A stretch of DNA of 63,451 nucleotides, filler included, from Welwitschia mirabilis (taxonomy: Eukaryota), in the NCBI GenBank assembly GCA_051453625.1. It is 9 parts of one record of this genome, joined end to end, with 100 filler letters (N's around TTAATTAATTAA, not from the genome) between each part and the next. Parts side by side here need not be neighbours in the genome. Positions count along the whole stretch, not along the records: positions 20,097 to 30,957 come from JBOZIK010000001.1; positions 31,058 to 39,802 come from JBOZIK010000001.1; 7 more parts are not named here. The stretch is one strand, 5' to 3'. The notes under the pieces are model-generated. The model was given only the letters and a program-made list of their open reading frames with translations, ran no database searches and was not told the DNA's origin. Shown piece after piece: positions 25,877 to 39,802 of this stretch (position 1 is its first letter; every line of letters begins with the position of its first letter). A program made the position numbers and the translations under genes.

Positions 25877-27428
25877 ATGGCAGTGGTCTCTTTTTATTCC
25901 ATGCGGATCTTCATACATCCTTTTATTTTGAGCCTTATTTTCAATGTTTTCATGAGCCTTCTATTCAAAATGAGCAGCTCTTTGATCTTTCAGCTTCTGT
26001 ATGCATGAAAAATCGCTAGATATTTGCATGCACTAGAGAGATTAGAATACTAGTAAAGCCATTGACAGATCTTTAAAGGAATTCTATGCATGCATGTTAC
26101 TTCTCCATGAAAACCCTACATGCAACAACCTCACATCTTTTTTTAGAAAAGTTTTCTATTTTTCATACTTATCTCATTTTTTTAAATATCCTTGCATATA
26201 TTAGATTTATCAACTTCAAAAGCTTATTCTAAGAAATGAAAAGTAGAAATTTCTGAGATTCCTCTTAACTCCACGTCAATAGATGCAGATAATGATATGG
26301 CTTGTGTTATTGTAGATTTAGAGTTTCCTTAAGATTTTTTTTTACAAAATTGTTTGCACCTTTGAATAACTTTATACTATCAGTTTTTTTATTGCTAGAA
26401 TTCCTTCTTTCTCTATTCTTATTGACTAGATCTAAAAAAATTGGGTTAGCAAGAACATTAGAACCTTTGTCATCTTAATATGATCAAAGGTTTCTTCCTC
26501 TTTGATTTTGAATCTAAAAAAATGATGAATTAGGTAAAACAACAATAGTTTGAAATATTTTAGGAACTTATCTTATTTTGTAGCCATGGTTTAAAGTCTT
26601 TGATTCAGAAAAATCTACATAAAGTACTATTCCAATTTGAATTGAATTCCCAAATCTTCCAATTAATTTTCTTTCTCATGTTGATGTATTGGCTGCTAAA
26701 ATTAGATATGTTATTAAAATGGAGACCTTTTCAGGGTTATGTGCCTAACCCACAAGGAGAATTTGTGTATCTGTTAATTTAAACAAACCGTTACTAAAGG
26801 TTATATGATTATCAGTAGATGGAGCTATTATTCTCTAAAATATTACCTATTTAGCTTTGCCAAATTTATATTACTATTATAAAGAGTCTAACCATGTGAG
26901 GGCATGTTGTCCTAAAATCCTAGCCAAGATGGAAGCAGATAGAGTTTTAGCAGATAGAGTTTTAGCAGAAGGTAGCCAACGAACTCCATTAATATAAGCT
27001 TATAAGGGAAAATATCAAAACTTCTCATGAAGCAAATCTTAATAATCATACTACTCAAAAACCAGTCGACTCTAAGATCAATAAATCTAACACAAAAAAC
27101 ATAGATAAAGGTTCTCAAAAGTCTACAGAAGAAGTTCACACTGCTAGTTAATAGGATAATCAAGTAACTCCTTAATATTCTAAACCTCTTAGTAAGGATA
27201 ATGAAATAGATTAAGGACGAAAAATAATTAGTAAAAAATTTATGCTCATATCACTAGAATCAATCCCTTATTTAGTCCTTCTAGGGCTACAAATCATATG
27301 ACTAAATCTAGCAGTGATATCATAAATCAATTTAAAAGTTCAAGCAGATTAGTAGCAAACAGTTTTAAGTCTACAAATTCATGGCAGGTCATTAGAAAGG
27401 GATTCAGGTCTCCTATCAACCTCATGTC
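25877..27428 (+). pseudogene. LINE ORF1 (DUF4283-like region plus zinc knuckle), degenerate
   Basis: KGFFLFDF, PWFKVFD, IPI*IEFPNLP, CVSVNLNKPL and YYYYKESNHVRACCP (decayed CX2CX4HX4C). The start position is uncertain. Confidence 0.75.
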
Positions 27429-30400
27429 ATGAATCTCATCTCTTAGAATGTTTGAGGACTCTCAGACCCCTGAAGAAAATAAATTATCTGAGATTATATA
27501 GCAAAAAAGAATTTAGATATAAGCTTTCTTTAAGAAGTTAAAATTTAAGGTTTTCAGCTTCAATCTTCTTGTAATAGCATCATTCCCAAGAATTTCTCTT
27601 ACATTTCTTACCACTTTAGAGGCAGAGGAGAAGCAATTATTCTCCTTCATTAGAAGTTTAATAATCACATTATTAATCATGATCTAGATCCTGAAGGCAA
27701 TTGTGTTTTTTCTTAAATTGGAATAACTCCATAACTGGTATGGCCAATATTTATGCTTCTCTTCTAGCACATCTTGCACATCAGATAGATGTGCTCTTTG
27801 GAAATGGCTCCATGAATATCTTTCAGAAGCTTCTTGTATCATTACGGGAGACTTTAATATGATCGAAAATGTCAAAGATAAATGAGCTAGTAATAAAGAT
27901 GGTCTAGACATCAATGAACTCAATAGTTGGATGTCTCTTAAAAACAAATTTCAATTATATGATGCTAATGCTGCTACCAAAACTAACTCTGTTAAGGGAT
28001 GGTTTACTTGGTCCAATGCCAAAGTAGGGTTAAGTTTTATTACTTCTAAGCTTGATTGGATTTATTTGTCTTCAAATACAAATATTATTATCTCTCATCA
28101 TATGAAGCTCCTAGTTTCAGTAGATTACACTTAGGTTTTATCTGATCATTTCATCATTTTATGATCTAAGTCTCTTAATATGCAACATATCAAAAAAGAT
28201 TTTTTTATTTTTAACATTTCTTTCCTTTAGAATAAAAAGATGTGTTCTCTTCTCATGCACATTTAAAACCTTGTTCCTCATCTGGTTAACAATGATAGAT
28301 GGATTAACTGGTGGAATAATAGTATTTTATGTACTTAACATTTTGCCAAACATGTAGGAAAACTTTTAGTAGCTAATATAGCCTTTATCAAAAAAGCCTC
28401 ATGTCTGAAGTAGAATTTTATCAACTAAAAGTTAACTCTAGGTACTCCAGTAACTAGGATTTTAATTCTTTGAAAATCTATAAAGACTGTTTGATAAAAG
28501 TTGAGCATTACAAGGCCCAAGGTGCCACCTTCATGCCTACTCATCTTGGCTCAGAATAGGAGATCAAGTCTTTTCTTATTTTTTCAAATTTTTAAAAGGT
28601 AAATACTCTTTTCCTCATATAAAAGCTATTAAATATGGAAATGTTATTCACACATCCAAAGAATAGATTCTTCAAGTGTTTTTATAACCATTACTCTCAG
28701 GTTTTCTCTGCTCCTCTAGTCGATGATGTATCTATTAATACTTGTCTTACTAATCTGCAACCCTTTAATCNNNNNNNNNNNNNNNNNNNNNNNNNNNNNN
28801 NNNNNNNNNNNNNNNNCTATACTCTGCATTATCTTAAGGATGATAAAGCTCCAGGTTTGAATAATCTTCTAAGATAATTCTTCTCCAAATTCTGGCACCT
28901 AATTGGTATATATGCTTATAATGTTTACAAGGAGGCTTTAAGCAACAAGTCCCTTAGAAATTATCTTAACACAGGAATAGTTAAACTTCTTTTTAAATTA
29001 GGGGATTCTCATAACACCAATAATTGGAGACCTATTACTCTTTTAAATGTGATTTATAAAATTATTACTAAGGCTATGGCTAATAAACTAAAGAAATTTT
29101 TTCATGATCTCATCTGTATAGAGCAAATAAGTTTTGTTTATAATAGGTACATCCTAGATAATGTTATAAATATAGTCGAGTCTATGCATTGGGCTAACAA
29201 TCCTTTCAATAAGCTATTCTTTTAAATCTTAATTTTGTAAAAGCCTATGATAGACTTGATTGGCATTTTCTTACTAGAATTATTTGTCATCATAAATTAG
29301 GAGAAGTTATCATCAATTAGGAGAAGTTTTCCAAACCCATGTTTAGATTCTTCTTGCCGATGCCACTTCTATGATCTTCATTAACGATATCTTCTCTCAT
29401 CCCATCTCTCTTCAATACTTAGTTAGATAGGGATGTCCCTTAGCTCTTTACCTTTTCATCATAGTAGAATATGCTCTTGAAATTCTTATTAAATCTCAAA
29501 AGTCCATCAAAAATATTCATGACGTTTACCTTCACAACAGTAACATAGTTTCTTATAGTCAATTTGTGAATGATAACTTCCTCTTAATCAAAGAAACTGA
29601 ATTATATTTTTAGAAGGCTATTGATACTCTAAACATTTACTATCAAGCTTCAGGTTCTCAAATTAATTGAAGCAAAAATGATGCCATTCATTCCACCTTT
29701 AGTGGAAGGCCTTCCTAATCCTACCATTTTAATATACGATGGTTTTCTCCTATTGATCATTTTAAACTTCTGGGAATCCCTATTACTCTATTAGATACTT
29801 TTTCTAGTATGTGGTAGATAGTTATCCACAAAATTAAAGAAAAAGATCTCAAATGATCCGGTAAGCCCTTATCCTTAGCTGGAAGGCTTATTTTTTGCAT
29901 TCATATTATTAGCACTTTTCCAATTTATTATGCTTCCTTCATGGTATCCTTCACTTCAGCTTATAAAACTATTAACAAAATTGTGCAAAGTTTTTTATGG
30001 AAGAATACTTCAAGTGATAAAGTTTTTCATAGAGTGGCTTGGAGCATGTGTCACCATTCTAAATCCTTAGGCAAATTAGGGATTCCTTCCTTAGAGCATA
30101 AAGGTATTTTATTAGCTTCCAAATGGATTATTCATTTCTCAGATGATGATGAGGCCTAGAAGATTTTATCCAGACATTATTTCTCTAATACTAGCATGAG
30201 TTCAAATCATTTATGAAAAAATCTTCACTTGAGTAATTCCATTTTCTCTAATATGTTTTCCAGCAAAGTTTTAAGGCTTAACACAAAATCAAACACTTTC
30301 TTCATTGGCATTAGGTTAAACTAAGTCACAAGCAGTTAGTAACTTATTCTCCTTGGTGATCTTCTATCTTTCAGATAGCAAATAAATTTTTAACTTCTTA

Positions 30401-30957
30401 CTCTTTAGTTAGATTTCATAGATTGGCTAAAGCATGGCTTCTTAAATTAGACCAATTTATTACTCTTCAAGAAAATTATATCAAAATCAATTGGTTTCAT
30501 CTTAAAACCAAATGAAAGGTTTAAAATTAGATCTTTCTATCATCAGACATATTGAAGAAGTGATTTATAAATTTAATTGACATCATAGCAACCTGAACTG
30601 ATTGGATGATTTGTTTTGGCTTGATGGAAAAAATATTACCCAACTTTTTCTTTCTTTAGCTGCATGTGATTTCAAACTTCAATAGTTTCATAAAGAAGCT
30701 AAACTCCAAATGTCATTTCAACTAGATGAAAGACAAATGGAAATAATTTTTCAAGGAAGTTTGAAGGATTAAATCTCATTCTAAAATCAAACTTTTTTTT
30801 TGGTGTCTCATTCATCAAGGGATTTCTATGGCTCATTACCTTTAACTTTTGGGAGTGTCTCATCCTTTGTGTCCTTTATGTTAAGATCTAGAAACCTTTC
30901 AAAATACTTTTTAGAATTGTTGCATTGCTAGTCAAGTTTAGGATTTGATCAAAAGTA
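27429..30957 (+). pseudogene. LINE ORF2: AP endonuclease, reverse transcriptase, zf-RVT; degenerate
   Basis: MNLIS*NV*GL start, GDFN, SKLDWIY, SDH, KAPGLN, NWRPITLLN, KAYDRLDW, R*GCPLALYLF, QFVND (from FADD), LGIP, and C-terminal CPLC...NC. Confidence 0.93.
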
Positions 30958-31057
30958 NNNNNNNNNNNNNNNNNNNNNNNNNNNNNNNNNNNNNNNNNNN
31001 NTTAATTAATTAANNNNNNNNNNNNNNNNNNNNNNNNNNNNNNNNNNNNNNNNNNNN

Positions 31058-32273
31058 CTAACTCAAGGATAAGGTGAGATAATTCATGTCATCTATAAGA
31101 AGTTAAAAGACCCCTCTTAAAACAACATGTGTATGGAAGGTTAATCAATAATTACACTAAGATATTGGGCATAACATCACATGTAATACAACACCATGCT
31201 ATGTTGGAAAAGGTCATGTGCTCAATTCTAAAATGATCCTTAAGAAAGTTTGAAAAACACTTCTACAAATAAGAGTCTTAAGAGGTGATGTAGAAAATCA
31301 TTTTCTTGGGATACTAGCAATCTAAGAAAACATATATTTATCTAGCCAATCTAGATCTGATAAAATAATATTCTCTAAATTGAAACACATAACCTCACAT
31401 TTGTTATGTTAATGCCACTGTGTTTACCATATGAGCTATGACTGGAGTTAAAATTTACAAGATCTTAAAGAAGGCAACTACATATGGATAAAAATGAAGG
31501 ATCTCATCAAATGTTGCATCATCAAAACTCTGATTCATAGGAGCAAGGAGAAATCTTGGTAGGATAGAGACAACTTAGACATATGTTGAAGAGACTATAG
31601 CATGGATGTAAAGAAGTTCTTAGTTAGCATGACAAATAAGGATACANNNNNNNNNNNNNNNNNNNNNNNNNNNNNNNNNNNNNNNNNNNNNNNNNNNNNN
31701 NNNNNNNNNNNNNNNNNNNNNNNNNNNNNNNNNNNNNNNNNNNNNNNNNNNNNNNNNNNNNNNNNNNNNNNNNNNNNNNNNNNNNNNNNNNNNNNNNNNN
31801 NNNNNNNNNNNNNNNNNNNNNNNNNNNNNNNNNNNNNNNNNNNNNNNNNNNNNNNNNNNNNNNNNNNNNNNNNNNNNNNNNNNNNNNNNNNNNNNNNNNN
31901 NNNNNNNNNNNNNNNNNNNNNNNNNNNNNNNNNNNNNNNNNNNNNNNNNNNNNNNNNNNNNNNNNNNNNNNNNNNNNNNNNNNNNNNNNNNNNNNNNNNN
32001 NNNNNNNNNNNNNNNNNNNNNNNNNNNNNNNNNNNNNNNNNNNNNNNNNNNNNNNNNNNNNNNNNNNNNNNNNNNNNNNNNNNNNNNNNNNNNNNNNNNN
32101 NNNNNNNNNNNNNNNNNNNNNNNNNNNNNNNNNNNNNNNNNNNNNNNNNNNNNNNNNNNNNNNNNNNNNNNNNNNNNNNNNNNNNNNNNNNNNNNNNNNN
32201 NNNNATAGAATTAGCATGAAAAAGAAGAGTATTTGATTAATACATGAATAAGCATGAAGAAGAAAAATTAGAG

Positions 32274-32309
<36 letters not shown>

Positions 32310-34944
32310 GAAAAGAGAAGACACAGGTGCAGGACATAACAGAAATGGACTCGTGGAAATGGCTAGCAATGCACCCAACTCTTAAAAATAAAAAAGTTGC
32401 AAGTGATGGCATATGGTACTTAACCTCAAATACTACTCCAAATTTCCTCGCTAAAAATAAATTTGATAGCTAAACTATAACAAGGAATTTCTTCTACATA
32501 CACTTGTGATTGTGCTTCAATGTATGAATGTGGAATCATTTATATAGTCAAATTGAAAACATAGTAAGACTTGAAAATGAGCAGCATTATTGTCAACCAT
32601 ATTTTTCTTGTTATCATAAATAATGTTCTCATATCATCTTATAAGGATAATCTTTAATTAATGGATTTACCAAAAGAATTCATGATTTTCCCTTGTCTGA
32701 CATAATTAGTGATGTTATTGAAGACTAAGGAAAGGCCTTTCTAAAAAGACCTTTATTTTCTCTAAATAGGGGTAAGTATTGGTAGGAAGTCAATTTTTAT
32801 AAGTCTAATGAATTATTCTAAAAAAAAATTGGTTTCAATGGTGATTCCATATAATGCCCTTATAGGTGATGCATCATAGTCTAAAAAAGGCTAAATTATG
32901 TAACATCTGAGATTTTTTATATCAAATAATAGCTTCAATATCAAATGTTACCAATTAACATCTAGTTTCATTAAAAGTAAGATAAGACTAGACCAAACAG
33001 AACACTAAAATAGCATCTATAGATTCTTCACTAAGATTGAAGATGATTTCATGTCAAGAGAAACAAAATGCCTACCAATACCAGTTTACAAACCCTAAGA
33101 GCTTACGACTAAACAGACACATAAATTAACTAGTCTGTGTGAGTCCTTAAGTAATCAAAATTAGATTCACTTTCAATCTTATTTTACAAGCCTTAAGAAA
33201 TATAACCAATCTCTAATAAATTCTCTACATATAGGGCCCATGACTATGATAATGAAACTGAAAACTAAAAACAAAGAACCTGTGGTTGATTTAATATACT
33301 TAGAAATTATCATTAGTGTACTAAAATTTAGCATGCAATCTAAATACAATTATGTAAGAACAAGTAACTCATGTGGAGAAGAAGAACTGATAACACAAAT
33401 AAATAACATCTTAACATTGTGAACTCACATGAAACTCAAGCTTTTTAAGTGAGCTCCATATCTCGAAGTCCTACTTCCGATGAATAAATAGAATAGCCCA
33501 TTGAAGTCAATACATAGATGATACTGAAGAATCTTTAAAAATAAAAAGATAAGACATTCATAATATTTCCAATGTCTTCCTACACATTGCACCAAAGAGT
33601 AAGAATTAAGAAATCTTTTAAAGAGGTAAGACACTCACGTATTTTAAATGCTTTGCTAAACATGTTATGAAAAGGAATTTAGGATAAAATCCTAGAGTAC
33701 TTTCAATATCTTCCAATAGTTCTATATCATGTTCAAAAATGGGTAAGGCAGCGAAAGAGGAAATTTAGTTCAAGAAAAAGCTTACAGTAAGATGAGGGGG
33801 GACTTTTCAAGTATGGGATATGTTTCCTGCTCAAGTCTTTTAAGTTGAAGACCTTTATGTAAAAGCCCTTGTAGGAATCTAGGATTCTGAGATGCATCCT
33901 TGAGAATGTCAATTACAGTCTTATCTATCAGAAATTTGAGATAATACAAAACAAATGGTCTTGCCTTAGTTAGCACCCAGAAAACAGAAGCTACTGTGAC
34001 TCTATTGGAGGTAAAAAAAAATCTTATAATGCTTTTATCTCCTAGAAGAAGACACTTGATTATGATATCGTTAGAGAGATGGACATACCTAGAGATGTAA
34101 AGATGCTTAAATGATTTTCAAAGATTAAAAAAAAAAGGAAGTCATATCATAGCTCTTCCTTTCTGATATGATTCTTTAGTACCCAAAATGAATTATCCCC
34201 ATAGTATCATGAAACAGTTCAACTTCCTATGTTTATTTTCCTCTATTGATGTAAAGAAAGTTTTACAGTAAGCATGATGACATAAGATGGTATTTCCTTT
34301 TAAGGAAGTACAAAATGGATTTTTTAAATTTTCTAAAAAAAGGTTCTTTCTTCACAGATTTCATAGAAAAAATGTTAATGCCTGAAAATTGCTTTTTTAG
34401 TTTGTATTTAAAAAAAAAAAAAGCATTTTACTTCAAAAAGATTCCAACTACCAATTTCTTGAGGCTCTTGCAACAACTTGAAACATAACTAGAAATGCAG
34501 AAATCAAGTATTAGTGAAAAGCTAGGGCTGAAATAGAATTAAAACATTCCATAAGAAAAGGAATAGATCTTCTGAGTTCTTAAGATATCAAAGAAAAATG
34601 AAAAGATTTTAACCAATAAGAAAATTCTAGAAGTTCAGATACACAGGTTTACAGATCTACAATGGAAATCCTGAAGTTTAGAGGTCAATTTTAAACTTCA
34701 CTCAACTTAAATAGTCTCAATACATTCCAAACAACTTTAATAACTCAAACTACCTTCAGCTTCTAATACAAGGGTTTTAAGACAATAGAAATCTGAGCTA
34801 ATTTTATTTAAAAAAAAAAAAAAAACCTCTATCAATTCGGATGCAGGTGTGGTAAAGACTCTATAAACAACTTCATCATCTAGCGTACGATAGATTTCTA
34901 TAGTTGCATTTGAGACCCTACCTACTCTTTAAACCAGAATAACA
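31058..34944. other. Unidentified segment, probably part of another retroelement, ending in an LTR-like AATAACA
   Basis: No similarity seen to the rest of the window; protein-like interrupted frames on the minus strand; abrupt junction into copy E near 34944. Confidence 0.3.
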
Positions 34945-36175
34945 TTGCATAGATAATAGCCTGATTTTTATGTTAGTTGTCCTAGGGCTATAGTCTGAAT
35001 AATGCAAGAAGACAATAATGTGATAAAACCATAGCCCAAATCTTTTTCCTCATTTTTACTCATTTTCTTATTGTTTTCCTTCATTCTTTTGAGAGACAAT
35101 GACCCCTCTGTCTAGTATTAGCATTTTAGGACTTGTCCTGTCTGATTTCATTACCAGATTCACAAGATTTATTTAAATTTGTAAAAATGAGGTATGTTTC
35201 TCTCTCCTCTTGATTTTTCCCTTTTTTCTCTCGTTTTTTAGCCTTTTGACGCATAGGTTTGATGTATATTATTCATTTTTTCGCATTCTTTATTTTGGAA
35301 CTTATGGAGTTGAATTTTACTATGTATTTTTTGAGTTTTCATTACTTTTGTGTATTATAAGGTATTTTTAGGTTTTTAATTTTCACACTCATTTTCTCAC
35401 AAACTGTAAGTCGAATCATAGTGATCTTTTATGCAAAATTGATCAATAAAATGTGCTCTATGCCTTTACTAGATTGGATTTTTCATTTGAGTAATTTGAT
35501 TTTTCATTTCTTATAGGGCCCACTACATACATAGTTTTTGGACGTTTTCCATTTTTATCCATTTTTTCTCCCATGATTAGGTAATTCAGGACATATTACA
35601 TCTTTTTTGGAGGCAGGACATATTTTTCGTATTGTTGATAAGCTTTCATCAATTTTAGGGGTCATTGTTATGCATTCATGTGATTTTTTTGACTTGTTTA
35701 TCTATTTTCGCATGATAGGTTTATGTTTGTAATTGAGTAGGCCACATACATGTAGAGCTAGATAGGCAAAGGATTTAGCTGATTCTATAAAGTAGGAGGT
35801 AGACCCTTTAATTGAGCTTGAGATATAGCATGTAGAGCCCACACACTTACCACCTCAACACATATGATCTTTGAGCATAGAAACAACTAGCATTTATATC
35901 AAGAGATACTTTGGAGATTTCATGAGTTGCATAGAGTCAGAGGTTAATCAGAGATTGATAGAATTATGGCTTAGATAAATCAAAAATGTGCATGATGCAT
36001 ATTATGGTTCTAAGATAAGAGATTTCTATGACACTATGCATATAGAGAGACGACCAGATACTCATGGTCAACTACAGGATATAATCATTATGTACATTCA
36101 AGACCACAAAAGATCTATTCTTGCATCTCACATTATAGTCATCATAGATCTTGGAGGACTTAGAGTCTTGAATAT

Positions 36176-37248
36176 TGTTATGCCACTAACTTACATGTAT
36201 TTGATAGGATATTTTAAGTTATTTTATAGATAAAATAGTAGATAAATGCTTAGTTTCCATGATAATGGAGAACCAAGATGAAAAGGATGGAAATATGTAA
36301 TTTCTAGATAAATTACAAGAATTCTATGCAAATATGAATGAACGGTATTTTAGATGATAATTTCTTGCAAACAATAAAGTGACTGGACTGATTGAATATC
36401 CATTAAAAACCACTATCCACCTACTCATTCAAACATCAGTGCAGACGATCGTGCCAATTGGATGATGATAGGTCTCATAGGTAGTCAAACTAGCAGCAGA
36501 CAAGGATCTAACTATCAGTCAACATCATCTCCTATATCGTTTAGACAACCAGATGAATGACACTGTTTTGTAATGCTTGCACTACATGATTACTTGAGAT
36601 TTCGTCACTTATTTTGATTTCTTCTTACATGGAGTTAGGGTTTTTCCTATGACTTTCTATTAGTTTCATTACTTGTTTTGAGTCCATAAGTAAAGGTATC
36701 TCCCTTGACTCCTGATCATCTTTGATAGTCCCTGACATACTCGTGATAGGAGATCGAAGGACTAAAAAACCATTTTATAATTTCAGAGAGACGTTACCTT
36801 GGTATTAAGTGGCATTTCCTCCATTGAGAAAGGCTACTTTGTAATATGAAATATTTTTTTTTGTGTTTAAATGTATAAATAATATTCTTCCTCATAGTTT
36901 ATGTTATTTAGGATTCGGTGACAATTTTCTTTTATGATATAGATTATGAAGACAACATTTGTCAAGGTTGTGCTTAGTTAGTTTAGGTGCATTGCTATTT
37001 TATTTCTTAGATTAGTCTTACAAAGTGTGTTTTATTTCATTTCCATGCATTGCAAATTATTTTTGTAGATTAGGATTACCATATTTTTATCTTAAAAGTA
37101 ACTCTTTTATTTCCATATTTTAGTCTTCAATAGATTATGACATTCGGGTCATTCCCATCTATATTAGTGTATTGTATTTATGCATATTATTTGTGGTTAA
37201 TATGATTCTAATTAGGACATAAACATTGCATAAATATGTATTACAACA
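36176..37248 (+). repeat. 5' LTR of copy K
   Basis: TGTTATGCC...TATTACAACA; direct repeat of 40682-41777. Confidence 0.92.
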
Positions 37249-37251
37249 TCT

Positions 37252-37269
37252 TGGTGCCATTGTCGGGAA
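37252..37269 (+). promoter_or_regulatory. Primer-binding site, tRNA-Asp type
   Basis: TGGTGCCATTGTCGGGAA differs from TGGCGCCGTTGCCGGGGA only by transitions. Confidence 0.85.
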
Positions 37270-37599
37270 AGACTGCTTGAAGTTTGAGAGTTGTCATTGC
37301 TTTGGTAAGTATTCCAGATTCTTGTTGCAGCAGCAGTGTAATAATATTAGTAGTGACGTGAGTTTTTTTGTTTTAGTTTTTCTACTAAAAATTTTATAGT
37401 GTTAGTATCATTATCCCTCTGTCGTCTAGATGACACTGGTGGATGACAATCTATTTTCTCAACCTTTCTATTATAAAGTCATTTTTTGTTTCTCTTTTTA
37501 CTTTTTCTTTTCTTGTATTTTCTATGTTTCTCTCATTCAGGTTATCATTTAGACATCATACAAGATGGTACTTTTACAGATCCAAGACAAAGTATGAAT

Positions 37600-39802
37600 G
37601 GTTAAGTCTAGAAAAAAGGAANNNNNNNNNNAGGAAAAATATTAGAGAGAGTGGATGTTAATTACTGAAAACATCAAAAAAGGTTTGATAAATCTTGAAG
37701 TAAAAATAAATCAAAATAGTGAAGGTATGCAAGATTTTAAATTTCTTGCAATTTCCCCTTTTAATTCTGCAGAGTCTGATTTTGCTACCATGTTGACCTT
37801 AGAACAAAGACTTAAACAACCTATCCCTATAAGTCCATCCCCTATCATTGGATCCCTTACTTCTACTCCTTCTCAACCTAATATTCATGCTATCTTACAA
37901 GATCTTATAGCAAACAAAAAACATGAAATCCAAAATTCTTTTAACTTACCTCCCAGTGATGATGTAGAACTTTGAAATTTGAATGCTTACCCTACCTTTA
38001 GTGGAGAGACTGATTAAGATCATTTATAATACATCATCAAAATCGAATAACTTATCCTTACCTTCAGAAATGGTAAAAAACGAATAAGTGATAAAACTTA
38101 CATGATTATCTTTCCCATTACCTTAAAAGATAAAGCAAAACTTTAGCATAGAATAATTCCCTATAAGAGCCTTAAATCTTAGAGTTAANNNNNNNNNNNN
38201 NNNNNNNNNNNNNNNNNNNNNNNNNNNNNNNNNNNNNNNNNNNNNNNNNNNNNNNNNNNNNNNNNNNNNNNNNNNNNNNNNNNNNNNNNNNNNNNNNNNN
38301 NNNNNNNNNNNNNNNNNNNNNNNNNAAACCTTGTAAATGACTTTTTAGAGGTAGAGTTAATTGACTATTTTTATAGTGGATTGAATAGTCATATTAAGTA
38401 ATTCATAGATTTTTCTTATGGAGGCAACCTATTAAACCAAACCTTAGAAAATGTTTGTAAGATATTAAAAGATTTGATGCAAGTAAGTCAAACTTGGCCT
38501 AAACCCTCCTTTAGAGAAAACCAAATATTAGGCCAAATCATTAAGGACCTAAAAAAGTTAAACATAAGAAGAATAAAATAAAAATAGAAAATGAACCANN
38601 NNNNNNNNNNNNNNNNNNNNNNNNNNNNNNNNNNNNNNNNNNNNNNNNNNNNNNNNNNNNNNNNNNNNNNNNNNNNNNNNNNNNNNNNNNNNNNNNNNNN
38701 NNNNNNNNNNNNNNNNNNNNNNNNNNNNNNNNNNNNNNNNNNNNNNNNNNNNNNNNNNNNNNNNNNNNNNNNNNNNNNNNNNNNNNNNNNNNNNNNNNNN
38801 NNNNNNNNNNNNNNNNNNNNNNNNNNNNNNNNNNNNNNNNNNNNNNNNNNNNNNNNNNNNNNNNNNNNNNNNNNNNNNNNNNNNNNNGAAATTTCCAAAC
38901 ACATCATCCTAACTTTTAGCCTTTCAAAAATATTATAAGGTGATGAAAAAGAGTGCAAATGACACAACTCATGAGGCTTAAACTTCCTAAAATGACAAAA
39001 ATGATGAGGAAGAGGATATAGAAATCTTAGAAATCCATTCCTTCCCTTCCTCACTTAGCAGCAAAAAGAAATATTCTTCATAAAAGAAACCTGCTACCCC
39101 ATGGCTTGATAGGTTTAACATAAACCCCATCTTTGATGATCATTTGAAAGTCTTAATGCAAAACATAAGCATCAACTTACCTTTTTAGAAACTTTTGCAA
39201 GAGAATCCAAAATACTCTAAGCTATAGAAGGACCTAATAAGAAGGAAACAAAAATGAACCATCCCTAGTAAAGTATTCCTAGCTCAATCCATTAGTAACT
39301 TGGTTTACAAAAAGTGTCTAAAGTTTAAAGATCTAGGGGCGGTAGTCATTAGTATCACTTTAGAAGAGAACCATAGAATTAAGAAAGTCTTTATAGACAT
39401 AGGAGCTAGTATCAATATTATGTCCTTGCATATTTNNNNNNNNNNNNNNNNNNNNNNNNNNNNNNNNNNNNNNNNNNNNNNNNNNNNNNNNNNNNNNNNN
39501 NNNNNNNNNNNNNNNNNNNNNNNNNNNNNNNNNNNCTTTATAGGGAAACCATAGAATTAAGAAAGTCTTTATAGACATAGGAGCTAGTATCAATATTATG
39601 TCCTTACACATTTGTCAATGTCTTGGATTGGAAGAAAGAGTAGATCTTACACATATTATCTTGGAGTTAGCTGATACATCTGTAAAGAAAACTTTAGATA
39701 TGATCAAGGACTTGATCATTTAAATAGAGGAATCTTTGTATCCAATTAATGTAGTTATTTTAAAAGTTGAGCATTATGGTGAATATTTTCTACTTCTAGG
39801 TA
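37600..39802 (+). pseudogene. Degenerate gag and aspartic protease (copy K)
   Basis: YPTFSGE, MIIFPITLKDKAK and KFKDLG; protease active site DIGAS at 39396-39410. Confidence 0.88.

Larger units (their letters stand above)
25590..30957 (+). mobile_element. L1-clade non-LTR retrotransposon (LINE), near full-length and dead; 3' end lost in a gap
   Basis: ORF1 and ORF2 in canonical order with recognisable plant L1 motifs; the 5' boundary is approximate. Confidence 0.9.

Noticed and set aside
31058-34944. Assignment of the orphan segment to Copia pol
   Set aside because: No GAG-pre-integrase, YVDD or RNase H motifs were seen in the frames I could read.
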